This document shows, piece after piece, positions 63,346 to 64,000 of a stretch of DNA of 64,000 bases. The notes beneath the pieces were generated by a model. It ran no database searches and had not been told where the DNA came from. It saw nothing but the letters and a program-made list of their open reading frames with translations. Position numbers and translations under genes: made by a program. The DNA comes from Candidatus Melainabacteria bacterium GWF2_37_15 (GTDB lineage Bacteria > Cyanobacteriota > Vampirovibrionia > Gastranaerophilales > UBA9971), in the NCBI GenBank assembly GCA_001784565.1, contig MFRL01000027.1, positions 660-64,659 on the forward strand, read 5' to 3'. How positions within the stretch are numbered: the stretch's first letter is position 1; every line of letters starts with the position of its first letter.

Positions 63346-64000
63346 GGCAACTTTAAACATTGTAGACACATGGGATTTTGAGAAATTATTGGAGCAGTCA
63401 TTTGAAAAAAAGTATAAAGTGGCTGATTTGGTTCAAGGAACCGTTCTTAAAATAGAAAAATCCGGAATACTTGTAGACGTCGGAGGAAAAACAGAGGCAA
63501 ATCTTCCTTTAAGAGAGCTGTCAAACTTACCTTGTGATAACCCTGAAACTATAATTTCAGTTGGCGATAAAAAGAAATTTTATGTACTTAGAGAGGAAAA
63601 TGACGAAGGTCAGATAACAATATCACTAAAAAGGGTTCATCTGGCTGAAAATTGGGGCAAACTTGACGAAGCTCGCAAAGATGAAGAAACAGTAGAAGTA
63701 AAAGTGATTGCCCTTGTTAAAGGTGGAGTAATTGTAGAAATATATGACTTAAGAGGGTTCATTCCCGCAAGCCAGTTAAGAACAGGCACTCCTCATGACA
63801 ACCTTATCAATCAAACCCTTTGTGTTAAAGTTCTTGAGGCTGATCCTCAAAGAAATAAATTAATACTAAGTGAAAGAGTGTGTCTCCAGGAAGAGCGGAA
63901 AAAAATAGCTGAAGAAGTTATTTCAAATCTTGATGAAGACCAGATTATTGAAGGAGAAATAGTAAGACTTGCCGATTTTGGCGCATTTATTGATGTTAAT
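63338..64000 (+). CDS. rpsA: 30S ribosomal protein S1, N-terminal part (3' end outside the window)
   Basis: It starts at a GTG after a GGAG RBS. Hand translation gives S1-domain repeats (VQGTVLKIEKSGILVDVGGKTEANLP, GGVIVEIYDLRGFIPASQL, GEIVRLADFGAFIDV). It was not in the ORF track because the frame runs off the window. Confidence 0.85.
   Translation, partial: MNEATLNIVDTWDFEKLLEQSFEKKYKVADLVQGTVLKIEKSGILVDVGGKTEANLPLRELSNLPCDNPETIISVGDKKKFYVLREENDEGQITISLKRVHLAENWGKLDEARKDEETVEVKVIALVKGGVIVEIYDLRGFIPASQLRTGTPHDNLINQTLCVKVLEADPQRNKLILSERVCLQEERKKIAEEVISNLDEDQIIEGEIVRLADFGAFIDVN

Noticed and set aside
1549-63401. Many antisense or shadow ORFs in the track, for example 1549-1965, 2810-3256, 6204-6650, 25666-26124, 41683-42153, 42646-43029, 50435-50791, 53201-53488 and 63042-63401.
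   Set aside because: Each lies fully inside a confidently identified gene on the opposite strand or in another frame. Each has a low-complexity S/L/P/F-rich translation and no RBS, so they are treated as non-coding.
1-64000. Search for rRNA, tRNA, tmRNA, transposases, integrases or prophage blocks.
   Set aside because: Inspecting the intergenic regions by eye, I could not recognise any cloverleaf-compatible or rRNA-like segment. No ORF has transposase, integrase or phage hallmark motifs. A tRNAscan or Infernal run would be needed to be certain.

Overview
This 64 kb window is a compact, AT-rich chromosomal segment (roughly mid-30s % GC by eye) from a flagellated, diderm-type bacterium. All calls were made by eye from motifs; no alignments or statistics were run.

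Diderm and motility markers:
- Diderm-type genes: a GT9 LPS heptosyltransferase, a TolC-family protein and a pseudopilin.
- Motility genes: fliW-csrA, flhB-fliA and a PilZ protein.
- A DUF561/Ycf23-type gene hints at the cyanobacterial/melainabacterial lineage. This is a low-confidence inference.

Most of the window is housekeeping: murT, thiG, comF, rseP, def, fmt, surE, gpsA, dusB, tlyA, nadK, sdaAB/AA, folP, gmd, dtd, map, adk, secY, purB, queD, fur, ispH and a partial rpsA.

I recognised no rRNA, tRNA, CRISPR array, transposase or integrase.

Main accessory content:
1. Two near-consensus sigma-28 promoters. One drives a five-ORF operon (19.7-22.1 kb) of coiled-coil and Gly/Ser-rich proteins with no recognisable family. 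This is my best candidate for an undescribed FliA-regulon module.
2. A recurrent N-terminal N-x(1,2)-[SG]-F-[GT] motif shared by many otherwise unrelated small ORFs.
3. Two N/Q/Y-rich EF-hand proteins.
4. A PAPS-synthesis cluster (cysC-cysD-cysN-permease-cysQ) with no reductase, in which the CysN-fused kinase domain is degenerate.
5. Four toxin-antitoxin-like modules, including a zeta-like ATPase plus an unannotated 57-aa ORF wedged between adk and map.
6. A REP-like hairpin family with compensatory stem changes.
7. A duplicated upstream block carrying a 12-bp palindrome.
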